Notes: generated from the letters alone by a model not told the origin. A stretch of 64,000 nucleotides of DNA from Anolis carolinensis (GCF_035594765.1 NC_085843.1:267383971-267447970), one strand, 5' to 3'. Positions 1 to 14,642 are shown, counted from the first letter of the stretch. Made by a program: numbers and translations.

Positions 1-741
1 GTTCCAGACAGAGATGCTTTCTTTTTTATTGTCCATGTCAGTTCTCAGCAAAATATTTTTATAACCCCACTCCTCCTCTAAGTTGTTTGGTAAGGCATTC
101 TAGAAGCATACGTAACTTCCCTTTGCTGACTGGACACTTAACAGGATTTTTGTAAACATTGACTTATTTGCAAATATACAAGTTCAGCATTGCTAGAGGC
201 AAACAACTCCATTCTCTGACAGCAGCAAAATTGGAATTCTACCTCAAATTGAGAAACCTCTGGATTTAAAGTGTAAACCCAAATGCTGTTAGCTTGTCAG
301 CTCAGAAGCTCAGAACTAAGCTTATTCCTTTTCCCATTTATCAGGTTATGTACAATTTCCTGGAAGTAAACCTCACTGAACTTAGCTGGATTTAATTTGG
401 GGATAGACATATATAAGAGGACATTGTCAATCTCACACTCTCAAACCACAGCCATTCCTCCCCCTTTACTGTACACACACAAAGAAACATAAATTACCTC
501 CTCTTCAGATTTGTCATTTTCTGGTGAAAGAATAAGAAACTGCTGGAAGTCACTGTGTGAATAATTTGCTAAGGTGAGAGGAAACAGATTTTACTCTCCT
601 TGTGTGTCCCCCTTTCTTGGAAGGACTAATCATATGAAAAATAGTCCCCATTCCTGTCTTATAAGCAAATCAGGTGGAATGACTAATCTACACACAGCTG
701 TATTATCTGGAATACCATATAAGAACCTTAGAAAATAATTT

Positions 742-869
742 AGAATCATAGAATAGTAGAGTTGGAAGAGACCTCACGGGCCATCCAGTCCAACCCCCCA
801 CTAAGAAGCAGGAAATCGCATTCAAAGCACCCCCGACAGATGGCCATCCAGCCTTTGCTTAAAAGCCTC
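742..869 (-). mobile_element. CR1 LINE 3' end
   Basis: Reverse complement of the (ATTCTATG)n-type tail; near-identical to the copy at 37.5-37.7 kb. Confidence 0.85.
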
Positions 870-3800
870 TGAGCTAGGGCTTGTCTACAGTGGCTCACAA
901 CCCAATATGGACCAGATGTTGATCTTTAAAATCTAAATGACATCCATGGACATTATGGATCCATCATGCAGAGAACTGGGTTAACCCAGTTTTACCCCAC
1001 ATTACACAACGCTGGGGAATATGCCAGAGCTTCCATGAAGCTCCAGAACAACCCCACACTTCAGAGTGGGTGTGGACAGGTGGATCAGCTCTAATCCAAC
1101 TGGTTAACTGTCCAAAAAGGCCAGTCTTTTTCCCTGCACTTGGCAGCACAGGATAAAGGGGATGTATTAGGCCTGTGTGATCTTCCCATAATGGCATCAG
1201 ATGACCACAGATATCCCTTGCTGCTGACAGACAGGAAGGGAGATGGCTACAAAGCTTTCTTGGAGTTTTCTGGCCATCTGGTAGGTGGGATGGGTGCGGC
1301 CAAGGTAAGCTGACTACCCAATTTCAACTCTGCTAGATGGTCTGGACTATACACTGCTATGAATGTGGGATGGAGATGGTCAGTGCAGTTGCTCCTAGAT
1401 GTCCTCCGATTTACTGGCATATGTTGATGCACTTTTGCTTCAAACTTCTTTCAGTTGCTTTTTAAGATGCCACAAGATTCCTTTGCATACCACTTTATAC
1501 ACATTTATCCTTTATGCCCAGTTTAGGTCCCATATCCCAGCATGGTGAAGAGAATGCCAAGGCCCTGGCAGCTTTTACTGCATCACAGCTGTCATCATAG
1601 CTGATGCAGCTTTACAATATTGGTGCAAAATATTGTGTTACCCTGAAAATCAGACTCACATCCAGAGGTGTAGCAAGAAAATTTTCATGGGATGAGGAGA
1701 TAACATTCAGGGAGAGAAGGACTTCAGCACCAATAAGTAAAAATAATTTCTTATCATAATATTTTCTTGGTAAAAGACATTGAGAAATGGGTTATCAGTG
1801 TCTCCTTCTGCTTAGTACCAGCAACTGTTAACTAAAGTGCCATTGCTTCTCAAGTATCCTCTGCCAATGTCACTCCTACATGCACCACTATTATTTGCCC
1901 AGTAGCTGTTTCCACTTGTCAGCTAACTCATTAGAGTAATTGCCTTATTGTCAAAGACAGAAATGCTTGGTAAGATGGAAGGAAGTGGGACATATCTAAG
2001 AGGACAAAAGGAAGGTGGCTTTACAGGGTGACAGAATCAGTCAAGGAAGCCACAGCTGTGAGCTGGCAAGACTAAGCAGAGCTGTTGGTAACAGGCTGAC
2101 TTGGAGATCTCTTATCCACATGAGTTGCCATAATTTGAAACAGAGTTGGCAGCAATTAAAAACAACACACTATAAAGGTGGTTTTGTAGGGAAAAAATAT
2201 AGGAATTGCAAAGTATCCTCTAGTTAATGAATTTTAATTAGAAATACATTCTGAAACTCTCAAAAAAGCTTATCAATTAAAAATACAGCATTTTCCCCAT
2301 AAAAAATACTGATATGAACAAAATAATAGTGTCAAGCAAGTACATCCATATTGCACAAGTCATCTTACCATAATTAATTATCTAAACATTTAATAAAATT
2401 TAATGGCTGATATCTCTGCAAACGATTCCCTTGAAATCCTTTCAAATGTGTCACTTTCAAAAATGAAGATTACAAATTTGCTTTTCTCTTATGATGCATT
2501 GAGCAACTGTATGCTGTCATGTGCAAAAGTTGAGAATTAATTTTCACACATAGCTGTGGATGCATCCCAGGTGGATTCTGTAGCACACAGTGTGGACTCA
2601 TGGAAAGGTTTCCTTGACCGTGTATAAAGTTTTGGTAAATTCATCCTGTGGGATTCTACCATATTCTTTTATTTGTTTGCCTCAGTTGTACTTCAACTGT
2701 ATTGCTAGAAATTCAGGGATGGAAATTTCATAGGAGAGACACAATTCTCATTTGCAGAGCAATGCTCTCATTTTTGCCCTCCAAAACTATGATATCCCCC
2801 TCTTACAACCTTACTCCCTGGTCCTTTTCTGTTTATTTGTTAATGCATTTACATGTGCTAGTACACATGACTTCCAACTTTTCCTAGACAATCTGGACCT
2901 TCAGGGCAAGGTACTAATAAAGGGAATCTTCCTGAAAGCAAGAGTTTGTTGGTAAGATAGTCTTCAAATGCATCTGTTCCAGAATTGCATTGCCATGACA
3001 GTAGTTTATACAGTTAGAAATCATGTTAATGTTCCTTCAGAATAATGTCTGCTGTGATACTTATATCCATAATCTGAAAAGAAGCAAAAACACTTTCTTC
3101 AGAACTGTTATTTTACTTATATGAAAATCTAAAAAAATTAATTGGCCAATTAATTAACATTGGTGTGATTAATTAACAAAGTGTAATGGAGTGACAAGCA
3201 TCTCTCATACTACCAGCATATAGAATGTGAATCAGATAGTTTTAGCACTGGCAGCATGTTAGACAAGTTGATCCGACAGGAACTGTGCAGTTCGATCATT
3301 CCAGATGTACAAGGATGTACAAGTCATACTTAAATGTTGTAATGTCCTACCATATAGTTAATTAGCAGATGGCTTTTTAACGAATTAAGGAAATACACAT
3401 GTGATAGATCACTCAAATGCCCATGAGAGTTAAATGTGAACCCCATGTTTAACCCTGTTGTCTAAACTTTTTATGTATGTTATAATTTAACACATGAAAC
3501 ACACACTATTATCCCCACTTACCAGGTAGCAGTTACTGCAATCGACAGGAATCTGTCCGTCTATTGCTCAGAAAGCAGCCACCTGCCATTTCTGCTGTCT
3601 CCCATCCTAGTCACCTATAATGTTCTGAATTACACTATGGTCATCTAAATGTTTTATTTTCACATTTACAACCGATGTGCCATTGTCAGAGCTGTAAATG
3701 TCCCTGAACCACCCAACAACATCCAGTCAACTATTCTGAGCAACTAGAGTCCGTGGCACTTGTGTGCAGACTGGCTTTCATGATGGGTTTCAGGGAGTGG

Positions 3801-4913
3801 ATTGGGAAATGAAACATAGCTACAATATTGTAACTATGCCTCTGATGCAGAATAGTGGGTGAAATTAATCAAGGACCTTTCCAAGCTCTCTCAGTTACCT
3901 TCACTGTCAGTTCTGTGCTCTCCCCAGGGATATCCATGTCATACAGTATGTTGACAACCACAATCTTTTATGTCACTTGTTTCGCTTTCCGTTTCAAAAC
4001 CAATAGTTAATTATACTTCTAGGGGTATCAGTGGATCTTGGTGCCTTGACTATGCATGAGTTCAGGGTTTGTTGTAAATTGTCAGTGTCCTAGCCTCTAG
4101 CCTTCTCACAAAATTGATTACATTTATTTATACCACTCTTTTAATCCTTGGCATATACTATCTGTGAACTTCCATTCCGTGTAGTCAGCATTTTCAAGTT
4201 ATTAAGTATGGTACAGTGTACACCATGTGAATGTGAGTGGGTGAATGTTTCATTTGTGATCTCCATCCAAGATAAACACACACAAATGCCTATCCTGACT
4301 AGAGATCACAAATGAAAAATGATGGCTCTGAAACTGCATGTGTCTCGTAGTTCCCACAATTGTGCCTCTGTGCACTTTACACATGTATCTAAGCTGATCA
4401 AAGCATCTATGTGTATATGAGTTAAATTCCTTCTTTTATCTTTTAGTACTGATAGCAGAGGCATATTAACCACAGCCTGTGTAGAGTTATTAATCGTGCA
4501 AATGACCAAGTATATGAACAAATGGCAGCTACTTTATAATGAATAAATGAATGAGGAAAAATGATTTTAATCTAGTTAGGAGTGAGATGGATAAAAAAAC
4601 ATAGTCTGCTTATTCTGAAGTGCATTACATCTTCAGCAGTGTTATATCTTTTTATATGCCTCAGAGCTGCAGCGGCCAAAAGAGAGCTTGGAGGGCCACT
4701 CTGAAAAGTGGTAAAATTGCTTCCCATGCTGAAAATGATCTTTAGAGGAGAGAAAAAACATTAAAATGTGTGGTATACTAGGATACTACGGGAGCCTCAA
4801 AAATGGTCTTTGGGCTTGCATGTTTTTCACTCTTGCTCTTCTGTCAGACAAGATATAGAGGTAGGGTGAGAATGTTTTTGTAAATTCCTGCTTCCCTTTG
4901 TCATATATAGTTC

Positions 4914-4917
<4 letters not shown>

Positions 4918-4950
<33 letters not shown>
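4918..4950. repeat. (TG)n microsatellite
   Basis: Seen directly. Confidence 0.95.
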
Positions 4951-4954
<4 letters not shown>

Positions 4955-7900
4955 TTGCACAAAGTTTCTTATTCCATAATGCACATAGATGCATGTTGCG
5001 CATAGGTCTTATTGTTTATTTTTTATTTTAAAAATGTATTTATTAAAATACTTATATCCCAGCCTTTATCCAGAGATCCTAGGGCAGCATACAGTAAAAT
5101 AAATCTGACAAATTTAAAACAGTGTAAATAATAAAATGTTTGAAAGGCTAGCTTATATGTTTATGTCTCTGTATACATTATATTATATTTTTATGGCCTT
5201 GGCTTCATCTTACAGCATTGATTTATTCTTGGTTGTGTAATCATAACAATTTACTCTTGATTTTCTTGTGGTCATGTGCTTTTATAGTATTGGCTTGTTT
5301 TAAAAATGATTAAATAATTTAACCACTTAAAAATGGACTAAAAGAGTTTTTAAAAGTTCAACATTAATTGCACATTGCATATTATCGATGGAGAGGCACG
5401 TGCGCATTTAGTTGCTCATTAAACTGTGCAGTGTCACTACTCACTAATCAGTGATTGTGATCTCATTCCATGAGCAAAAATCTATGCCCATTTGCTTGGT
5501 GTATGATCTCCATCACTGTGTTACATTGTTTTACAAACAAAAAAAGTTCTCCATCCAGTTTTCCTTATATCTTTTCTTTTCTGCTGGGAGAGAAATTGAA
5601 AGGACCAAGATCTGGCATAGACAATTGCTCCAACTCATTGTAGAGTTTCTGTTTTTTAGAATGTGTTTATTAGTGAGACAGGTATCCATTGGAAGTACTT
5701 CAGATAAAGAGAATCCTATCTCGGGACTAGAAGAAGCTCTGGATGATCCATTAAATGCCTTCCAACTCCTCAATTCACTCTTCTGTTCTTCTCTCCTGTA
5801 TGCATCATCCATCACTGCAATCACTGTGCTCAACATTAGCCGGTTGGTGGCTACTCCGTAGTCCATGTAGATCCCATAAATCATAGGTGAAGCAGGTGCA
5901 TCTAGAAACAGGCTGATCAATCAAGGCCCTCATCAATTCCAGTGTTGCACACAGCGTCCTTGGGCAGTCTTTAAAAGGCAAACACTTCTTCACGACCAGC
6001 TTCTGAACTAGGATGTAAAAATGCTGGGAAGAAATGACTAAGATAACCAATAAACAAATGCCTCGGGACTCCAGGCACCTGTAAGATGAAACGGGATACA
6101 GACAGAAGAAATAATGACCTGCTACTCCCAGTAATGGGAAGAACAAAACTAGTGATTGTACTCGCAAGCAGGCCAAATTATTTATTTATTATCTCTTCAG
6201 TTTATAGACTGCTTATCATTTCTGGAGGGGAAAAATAAATCTCCAAGCAGAAGATGAAGAAAGGAAAACAGATACGATAAAGATGGAAAATGCCACGAGA
6301 ATTAAATACAAAGCTTCATTAATTGAAATATTCCTTTTAACCCGCAATGTGCTACTTAGCCGGCCAGTCAGGGGTGACTTTGATAAAGGGTAATATTGGG
6401 AAATCAAGAGCGCAGTTACAAATGTGTATGTACTCAGTTGTATAAAGAATATATGTGGGCCCAGAGGAAGGAAAGAAAGAAATGCAGTCAATATCAATGC
6501 ATTTTGATTAAAAGAATCAAAGAATCAAGTAAACATGATGGGAAAACCTCCTTGCCCTTTAAAAATGGGTTTAAAGCTGCACAAAACACTCAGGGGGAAC
6601 AGAATTCTATTTAATATTTTAAATAAATGAAAACTGAACAAAGTAAAAAATAAGGTTGTCAACAGAACAAAACCACAGAATATGTTAAAGTCAAAGCTAG
6701 GATTTAAACACACAAAGCACCCATTACCATAAATTTGCTTTATTTTGCACAGAAAGAGTGGTTTTCAAATTGCCAGATTTCACAATTGCTCATTCCCCAA
6801 TCAGGGCTCCTTCTCAGCTATTGGGAGCCACATACTCTCCATAGTGCTCACATTTTCCTTAACCTGTCTTCCTCCACATCTGAAAAGAGCAAAAGGTAGT
6901 ATCTGTAATTTTTCTCTTCTACCGATCTTCTTGAGGAGGCAATCAAGGAAGGATATTTCTTGAAATAGCCTATTGACTGAGGAAGCAGGGCTTGCTTGTT
7001 CACTAGGTATGAAGAGGCAACTGCCCCATGTAATATATTTGAAAAGCCATGAAAGAGTACTGAATACCTTATTATTGCTGTACTTTTACTAACAAGTATG
7101 GAGAGTGGTACTTGTGTATTTTCTGCCTCATGTGCCAAAATTTGAACTACTGTGAAATTTAGTTTGATTCTATTTGTTGTTCTAATTCAAATGTCAAATG
7201 TATTAAGCAAGACAAGAAAGGAGGAAAAGAAAGGAAAAGTCAAGGACATCTGTTTCTAGTCATGCTTGTTCACTACTAAACTGTAGCAATGGGCCTTTAT
7301 GTCTTCTCTGGGAAAGAAGAGGTAGTGGCTCTTGTGCGCCAAGTCCCATCATGACAGGTGCTCAAAAACAGGGTACAGGTGTCAGTGGTTAGTAGCATCA
7401 ACCAGTGATTCTGCTGCATTAGGGTTATGAATCCACGCTGGGTTTCTGGGAGCTTTCAAAGGTGCTACCTTTTATCCCCAAATCAGGTTCAGCACAATTG
7501 AGGACTCCCATAAAATGGTCTGAGAAATCAGCATGGGGGGAAGGCTTCTATTTCGAAGGCATCCACCTTTGTTTGAAGTTTTGTCCAGTCCACAGAAATC
7601 ATTTGGGAAAGACACCAGAGACCTCAAGCTTCGCATCCACAGTTGAGCAGGCACACATTTCACCTGCTAACATCATTGTCACTATGGTAAGAGCATGACT
7701 GAGATACTACATCTTAGATATATTATCTACAAATGTGTAACTACATGTCATCTTTATGTCTCTATGGGTAGAGCAGTGACAGGCAAGAACTTAGTCTGTC
7801 CTAGGAGAAGCACTGACCCCTCTACTCTCTGTCATGCTGCTACTTCCAGGCTGTTTGAATGCCTAGGTGGAAAAAAATGGTGGTCAGGGACCACTGTCTT

Positions 7901-8731
7901 CAAGGCAGCATTGGTGTTTCCCCCACTCTGCAGAATAACCCTTGACTTATCCATAGGTCATATCAAAATCCATAATTTTGACCCCAAAACCTGCCCTTGA
8001 CCTAGATATGATCTTGATTTATACATGAGTATATATGGCAACTGTAATCATGAAGCATCTTCTCCTTGGTATTTTCATTTATTTTATTAATGTTACATCT
8101 CAATATCATGGGATTCTACTCCTTTCCATTAGTACAGAGGGCCAATGAGAGGTTAATAAAGGAATGGACTTCTTAGTGGACAGAATCCAAAACATTTAGT
8201 TTTCCTTCTATATCATAATTGAAAACTGCCCCAGCATTTTACATTTCCTGGCAATATGAGACTGAATTGCACCATCCAATAAATAACAGCTGGAGGAATA
8301 GGGAAGAATAGCTTCCAAATCATGACCGATGGTTTGCAGAATAACTGTGTTGAAAATTAAAGTGAACTAAATCACCCTCAGCAAAATAAATGTGTTATTA
8401 AGAAGTTCTCACAGAGAGGCTTGAAGACGAAAAAGCCTTTCCAAGAGGAGAAAAAAAAATTAAATTAACCGAATGCCTTCATATGAAATGCCAGCTAAAT
8501 GCCAAAGTGGAATCACAGACTTCTTATTTACTTGTTCACTTCTTTCCTTGTTTCTTTTCAGATACTTTCTGGAAGTTGCTCCCATCCAGTTAATTTTAAA
8601 TACCCAAAGGCACATTACTAGCTTTGCTTTGATTTCTAAAAGTTCAGTTGTTTGAGTTAAAGAGTTCATGATTTGTGAATATTTCAATTCTCTTAAAATC
8701 TGAAAAAAAATGCCTTAAATAATCCCGGTTA

Positions 8732-8905
8732 CAGTGGGCCCTTGGTATCTGCTGGGGTTTGATTCTAGGACTCTCTATGGATATCAAAATCCATGGATAC
8801 TTAAGCGCCATTATACATAGTGGCAAATTAAAATAGCGTCCCTTATATAAAACAGTAAAATCAAGGTTTTCATTTAGAATTTTAAAAACATTTTCAAGCT
8901 GTGAA
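8732..8905. mobile_element. Tc1/mariner (Tigger-like) MITE fragment
   Basis: TA followed by CAGTGGGCCCTTGGTATC terminus; the other end was not found. Confidence 0.55.
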
Positions 8906-9141
8906 CAGTTCTTTAGAGTTTGGAGCACCTTCTAAAACATCAAGCAACTGGTAGAAATGAACATTGCAATGTGAATCTAATCTTCATTGATCTTGGTGGG
9001 ATGCCACCACCACGAATATGGAAAAGCATTCCAACACAGAGCCATCAGTTGTGCACTTATGTGTATGTAGATACATTGAACTTGCAGTTTGTTTCAGTGG
9101 GATTAAGCCACATGTCACTTTAGTTCTGTAAGGCTCTTGAC

Positions 9142-9243
9142 CAGTGGTTCTCAACCTGTGGGTCCCCAGGTGTTTACCAGCTGTTAGAATTGCTGGGAGT
9201 TGAAGGCCAAAATATCTGGAGACCCACAGGTTGAGAACCAATG
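9142..9243. mobile_element. hAT-type MITE, internally deleted
   Basis: TIR CAGTGGTTCTCAACCTGTGGGTC; perfect 8-bp TSD CTCTTGAC. Confidence 0.9.
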
Positions 9244-10255
9244 CTCTTGACCAAAGACTGGTAAACAGTAACCATTCAGAAGTTGCTGGACTTCATTGTC
9301 TTTGCCAGTCTCATAGGGAATTATAGATATTTCAGTGCATGAACATCAGAAGAAACATGGGTTCCCCAGCCCTGCAGTCAACAGGTTGTTTTTTTTAAAA
9401 GAAAAAAAATCTCTCAAATTATACACTTTAGAGATTTCAGAATAATGTGCTTGCTAATACTTGTGTCTTCATGATTGCAACTCTCTGCCATTTTAAAACC
9501 CATATACTTGCTCAAATTGCAGTCCCACTTAACCTCAGAGCAAATGTTTACCTCTAAGTTGACATGTATAGCTTATTATGCACATTCCCCTGCTGGATTT
9601 TGTAATGGCTGCAGAGGCTGCTTTTCTGTTGGAACATTTCAGAATTTAATGTGCATAGCAAACAAAAGCAAATGAAAACCTGCTTGTTCTAATCTCATTG
9701 CAAAACATCCTTTGATTTACCATCTCTCTTGATATTTCCTATTAAGTTCAATGACATTTCAGAGTATTGAGGCAGAAATTAATTGTGCCTGTTCCATATT
9801 TTTATATGGAACTATTTAAAAAAGAATCAGTATATTTGTTAGCATGATGATCCCTGACTAGATTAGCTCCTGTACTTTATTTGAGGGTAAATAGTTGTTC
9901 TGCATGGATTACTGTTCTATGTTCCAACTAGATATCTGGGAACAGGTGCAAAGTCAGAGTTAGAGGACATTGACAGTTGGAAATAACATAGGTTGATACT
10001 GTTTGAATCATACACATTTAACAGTTGTATGATAGGCAGAAAGCTATGGAAATGTATGTATAAATTTCCTAACCTTCTTCCCATGCTAAGGAATGGCAAG
10101 AAATGCTTAAGTACCATTATAAATAAACAATTTCATATCTCAATGAGATTTTTTCCTGCATTAGGATAAATAGTCAACGTATAGAGCCAGAGCTTTTAAA
10201 TGTTGGCTAACCTTTGTTCATAAATGGGATTTAACAATCCTTTAATCTTTGGGAT

Positions 10256-11143
10256 TGTGACACCCCTGGCTGCGAGAGCACTGGAAACCAATACACCGAG
10301 GCCAATAAACAATCTAATATCTTTATTAAGGAATTAAGAAATTAAAATGAAAACAAGTAGAAGATATAGTTCATCAATAGACCTTTCAGGAAAGGTCAAA
10401 TATAGTCCAGTCATATATTGTCCAATGTATAATATTAGAGTTTAAAGTTTGTAATCCAAAAACCGAAACACACTCAAACTTCCAAGCAGTTTGAGTGGGG
10501 AAAACATTCAAGTCTTTTGCTAGAGTTCAATGTAAGTCCAAGGCAAGGTATTGAAGACAAGGCTGGAATCACAGCGAGGCAAGGCAAGGAAACACGGCTA
10601 GGCAAGACACGGAAACACGGCCAGGCAAGGCACAGCTAGACTGGAATGTAGTGGAACTAAACGCGGTCCACACTTGGCTGGAAATGAAGTTGATCCTCCA
10701 ACTGACACGTTGACTCCGCGCTGGCTAGCCAGCGCACAGAACTTTTGAGGAACTTCAAATCTTTTCACAGAGCAGGTGTCCAAATGCTCTTTTCCCAAGG
10801 AAAAAGAGCTAAAACATCTTCACCAGATGCGATCCTCCCTGAGAGTTCTCAGGGGAAAACAGGTTAACCAGCAGATTCTCTAGCTGCTAATCGCGCGCTC
10901 CTTCTCCTGCCAGCTTTCTCAGACCTGCAAGTTTCTCAAAATATTCGTCTATCAAAGGGAGGGGAACTGGTGGGAGAAGGCTCCGTTTCAAGGGCCTTTT
11001 TAATGAGCTGTGGACTAGAATTGTCAATAGGAAGCAGCTGGAAAGCGGCAGAGTCTTGCTGAATCGGCACAAACCCCATGTCCTCGTCACTGTGGTCCAT
11101 AATGGAGGCAGGATCACGGCCCAAGGGTTCAGGGGACATCACA
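10256..11143 (-). mobile_element. Solo LTR (Gypsy-like), 888 bp
   Basis: TG...CA ends with imperfect terminal IR (TGTGACACCCCTG / CAGGGGACATCACA); 5-bp TSD GGGAT; minus-strand AATAAA at 10322-10327; internal CAAGG repeats. Confidence 0.88.
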
Positions 11144-14100
11144 GGGATTAACCAGATTTATTTACAGTGGTTAAAGATTGAACATGAATCTGAAAACTTA
11201 TGTTTTCATGCAGTCACTGCCTCAGTCAAAGGGTATATAAGACATTCCAGATTGGGGCATTGAGAAAAGATGTATCCCAGTAACAGGCACATTAAGAGAA
11301 TTACAGTAGGATCTGAGAGGCCTGCCTGTTTTCAATGCACTGCATTGGGAGACCACTGGGAGCATAGTTTCCAAGTGCCCCAAATCTGGGAGGCTTCACA
11401 TAATTTTCAGAGGGTGTGCTGCTTGGTAGAAAAAAGTAAATTTCGCTAGATGTTATTTTCACACATAGCTAGAACTAGGCAATTCTTTGGTAATAGTTAT
11501 ATCCAATGATGCAGGAATACAGCCATTACATTTTGCAGACAACAACCAGTACATTCACGGGAAAAACATGGCCGAGGGCTTCTGGGAGCTAGAATCAAAA
11601 AAGTAACTCTTTCAACAAGATTTGTTGGCATGAATACCAAATGTATGGATGGGGGTGTGATGCCAATCTTGACATATCTGTACATCTCTCAGCACTACCC
11701 AGATGCCTCTGTGCACAGCATGACATCTGGAAAGTAGGTTATGCATACAAAGCAAGAGGATGTAGCTACAATGTAACAAGGTTAAAAATGTAGAATTATA
11801 TTTTGCAATTTTTATCAATTATGCTGAACCAAAATGTTCATTATTGTAAGGCCTTTCTTGTCTCCATCTTCAAAGGATCTAATTCAACACTTAAATAAAT
11901 ATTATGAAGATTTGATTTCAGTCCGCTTGATTGAAACTCATTTGGAAATTGCCAAGCACTGAAAACTCACAGTTGTAATCTCTTTTTTTTTCTCAGATTA
12001 AAAGAGTTTCATCTATTACCATTGTGGAAAAACTAGCCTACCAGATAAAGGCCACCACAGGGACATAGATAGATACAATTTTTTTCAATTAGGTATCCAT
12101 TTATTATATATGTAATACGCACACAAAATCTAAAGCCATGTTGTTTGAGACTCAGTGACAACATTTGAAGTTTTAAAGTAATCTATTTAACAGGAGAACA
12201 GACATCATACAAATAATGGTTTTGTACTGTAATATTGAACTGGCATATAAATCTTGAAATTCAGTTTTTTATGTATTTTAATTATTAATTCATTTTGGGT
12301 TTTGTCTCAACGTTCCCCCCCCCCCCACCAAATAACGATTCAATCTGTTTGTTCCTAAAAATTAAAATAACTTTAAAGACACTGGCTATCCACCCAGCCT
12401 GGAAACAAGCACAGGTAGATATTGAGCCAAACATGCAGTTCTTCACATGTTAGCTGAATGCATGGAAATTTTGAACATCCCTCATGAAAGCAACTTTCTT
12501 CCAATTGCAAAGAACACTTTGGGAAAACAAAAGAGAGGGATAGAGATTTATCAGCTGCTATCAAATGTCACTAGGATTTCCTTACATCCCTGGACATAGT
12601 ATCTCAAGCAGTAGCTAGAATGAAGTGGAAAGACAATCTTCTATTCCTAATACAATATTAAAATCTTTGTCACAGAAGCCTTTTCCTACTTAAGTCTATT
12701 ACTGAGTTTCAAGTTCTTGTTTCTTTAAGTCGGATTTGCCTACTGGAGTGTTCATCATGGTTGTAAAAGATGAGTGAACTAAAATAATATTCCTCGGCGG
12801 TTATATCGGGCAACATCTGGCCACATATAGCCAGCTGATTTCAATCAGTCAGGTTTATTTGCTTATTTGCCTGTGGCAAATAAAAATTATCTCCACATGA
12901 ATGAACTAGAAGTTCTTTAAATTAGCCAAACATGCCAATCATTTCCCTCTTTTCATCCCAGTGATACATTGTAAATGACATTTAAATTTACATACAATAT
13001 TTTAGATACCACCTTGTGTTTCAACAAGCTCCAAAGCAGCTAACAAGACTTAAACAAAACAATGGCTGAGATTCTGCATCATAGGCTACCTTTTGTAACT
13101 TTATGGATCCATCACAAAATTGAAGAAATGTAAGAAAACTCAGTTAGTGAATTGAATAGATACACGTCCAGGCAAGTGTATTCTAATGTGCATAAGGCAC
13201 TGCTGTTGTATTTCATGACTTCCTAGCCAATGTCTTGATGCACATCTGGGAACATTCCCAATGTACACTCAACTATTGCATTGTGGTTGCTCAAGTGTCT
13301 ACTATTGCACAATGGATGCATACATGGCAGCCCCTAAATGAATATGTATGTTACAAAACTATTCTATTCTGTTTCTCATACATGTCCTTCCTTGTATGAA
13401 AATGTGTATCTCATGCTGAATTGCAGCCAAACATCACTAGGTAAATGGTAAATTTTCGAGTAAGGTGTTCATCACAATGATTCCCACAGAAAAACATCTT
13501 TAAAATAGCAATTCAAAGACAGAGGAGGAGGGAAAGATACTAATTTCCAGGACTATAAAAGAAGGGCAAGAAGCAGGAGGAAGGGTGGACAGGAAGAGAT
13601 TAATTTGCAGGCATACAAAAGAGGGGCAATTGGGAGCTCCAAATGTGCATAAATATATCTGGATTAATTCTAGTGGCAACAGAACCTTTAATTATTATAT
13701 AGTGATATGAAAAGCATGGATTGAAATTGAGTTATTAGAATTTGGCTGAGATCCTATATGGCACTGTATAGTGCAAACATTTGGCATATGAAGCTACACT
13801 ACACCTGGTCATTCAACACCTCTTAAATTTACTTTTGAACCATTATAGCTTCCTTGCCAGTCCATGGCTAGTGGCAAGAGTAGGTTGCATTATCCACTGA
13901 GATCTGCTGAGGTATTACAAAGTCCCCAGAAGATGATGTACCCATTTTGCATCTCATATGGGGACTTATTGAGGTGCTTCTTTGATCCCCACCCCCTCTC
14001 TCCACCAGGCATGGAATGAATCCAGGATATGGAAGCTGCAGCAGCTCAATGGCACATCAGAGGAGTTTTAGGTTTTTGCAAAAGGAGTAGAGGAAAATCT

Positions 14101-14574
14101 ACCTCCACAACAATCCAAGAAAATATATACACAGGAGTAAGGTGGATTTAGATCAGTGTATACCACTGCATAGTGTACATCAATACATATGGTATGTACA
14201 TCACTGTGTGCATTGTGTATTGTGTAACGTGCATTGTGCACTGATGCACATCTCACACTTTACTGGTTCTGCTACATAGTAACATATAGGTACTCCTCTA
14301 CTGGATGCAGATGTTCATAAAATTGCACAATTCTAATTCCCTCAGATGTAAGTCCACTTACAAAGACAGAGGATATTCTGGCAATACCTAAGTGGCACCA
14401 GCTGTTTTAGCACATATGACCAAGAATTAGAGGCAATGTTCTTTTTTTGTTCTTATTTCCATCTATAGTGGGGATACCCAGAAGCAAGTGCATGATGAGA
14501 TTAATGTGATTTAAAAGCCAGTGCAAGCTGAGATGAATGTGATTACCCTATAAAATATCATTCCTGATCCAAGT

Positions 14575-14642
14575 ATGGCATCATTATACTTGGTATCATT
14601 ATATGTGGCATCATTATACATCATTATACATTATACATTATC
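14575..14642. repeat. Degenerate tandem repeat of (TGG)CATCATTATA with shrinking units
   Basis: Seen directly. Confidence 0.7.

Noticed and set aside
509-573. AG...GT exon-like segment on the plus strand
   Set aside because: Stop codons in all three frames and no other support.
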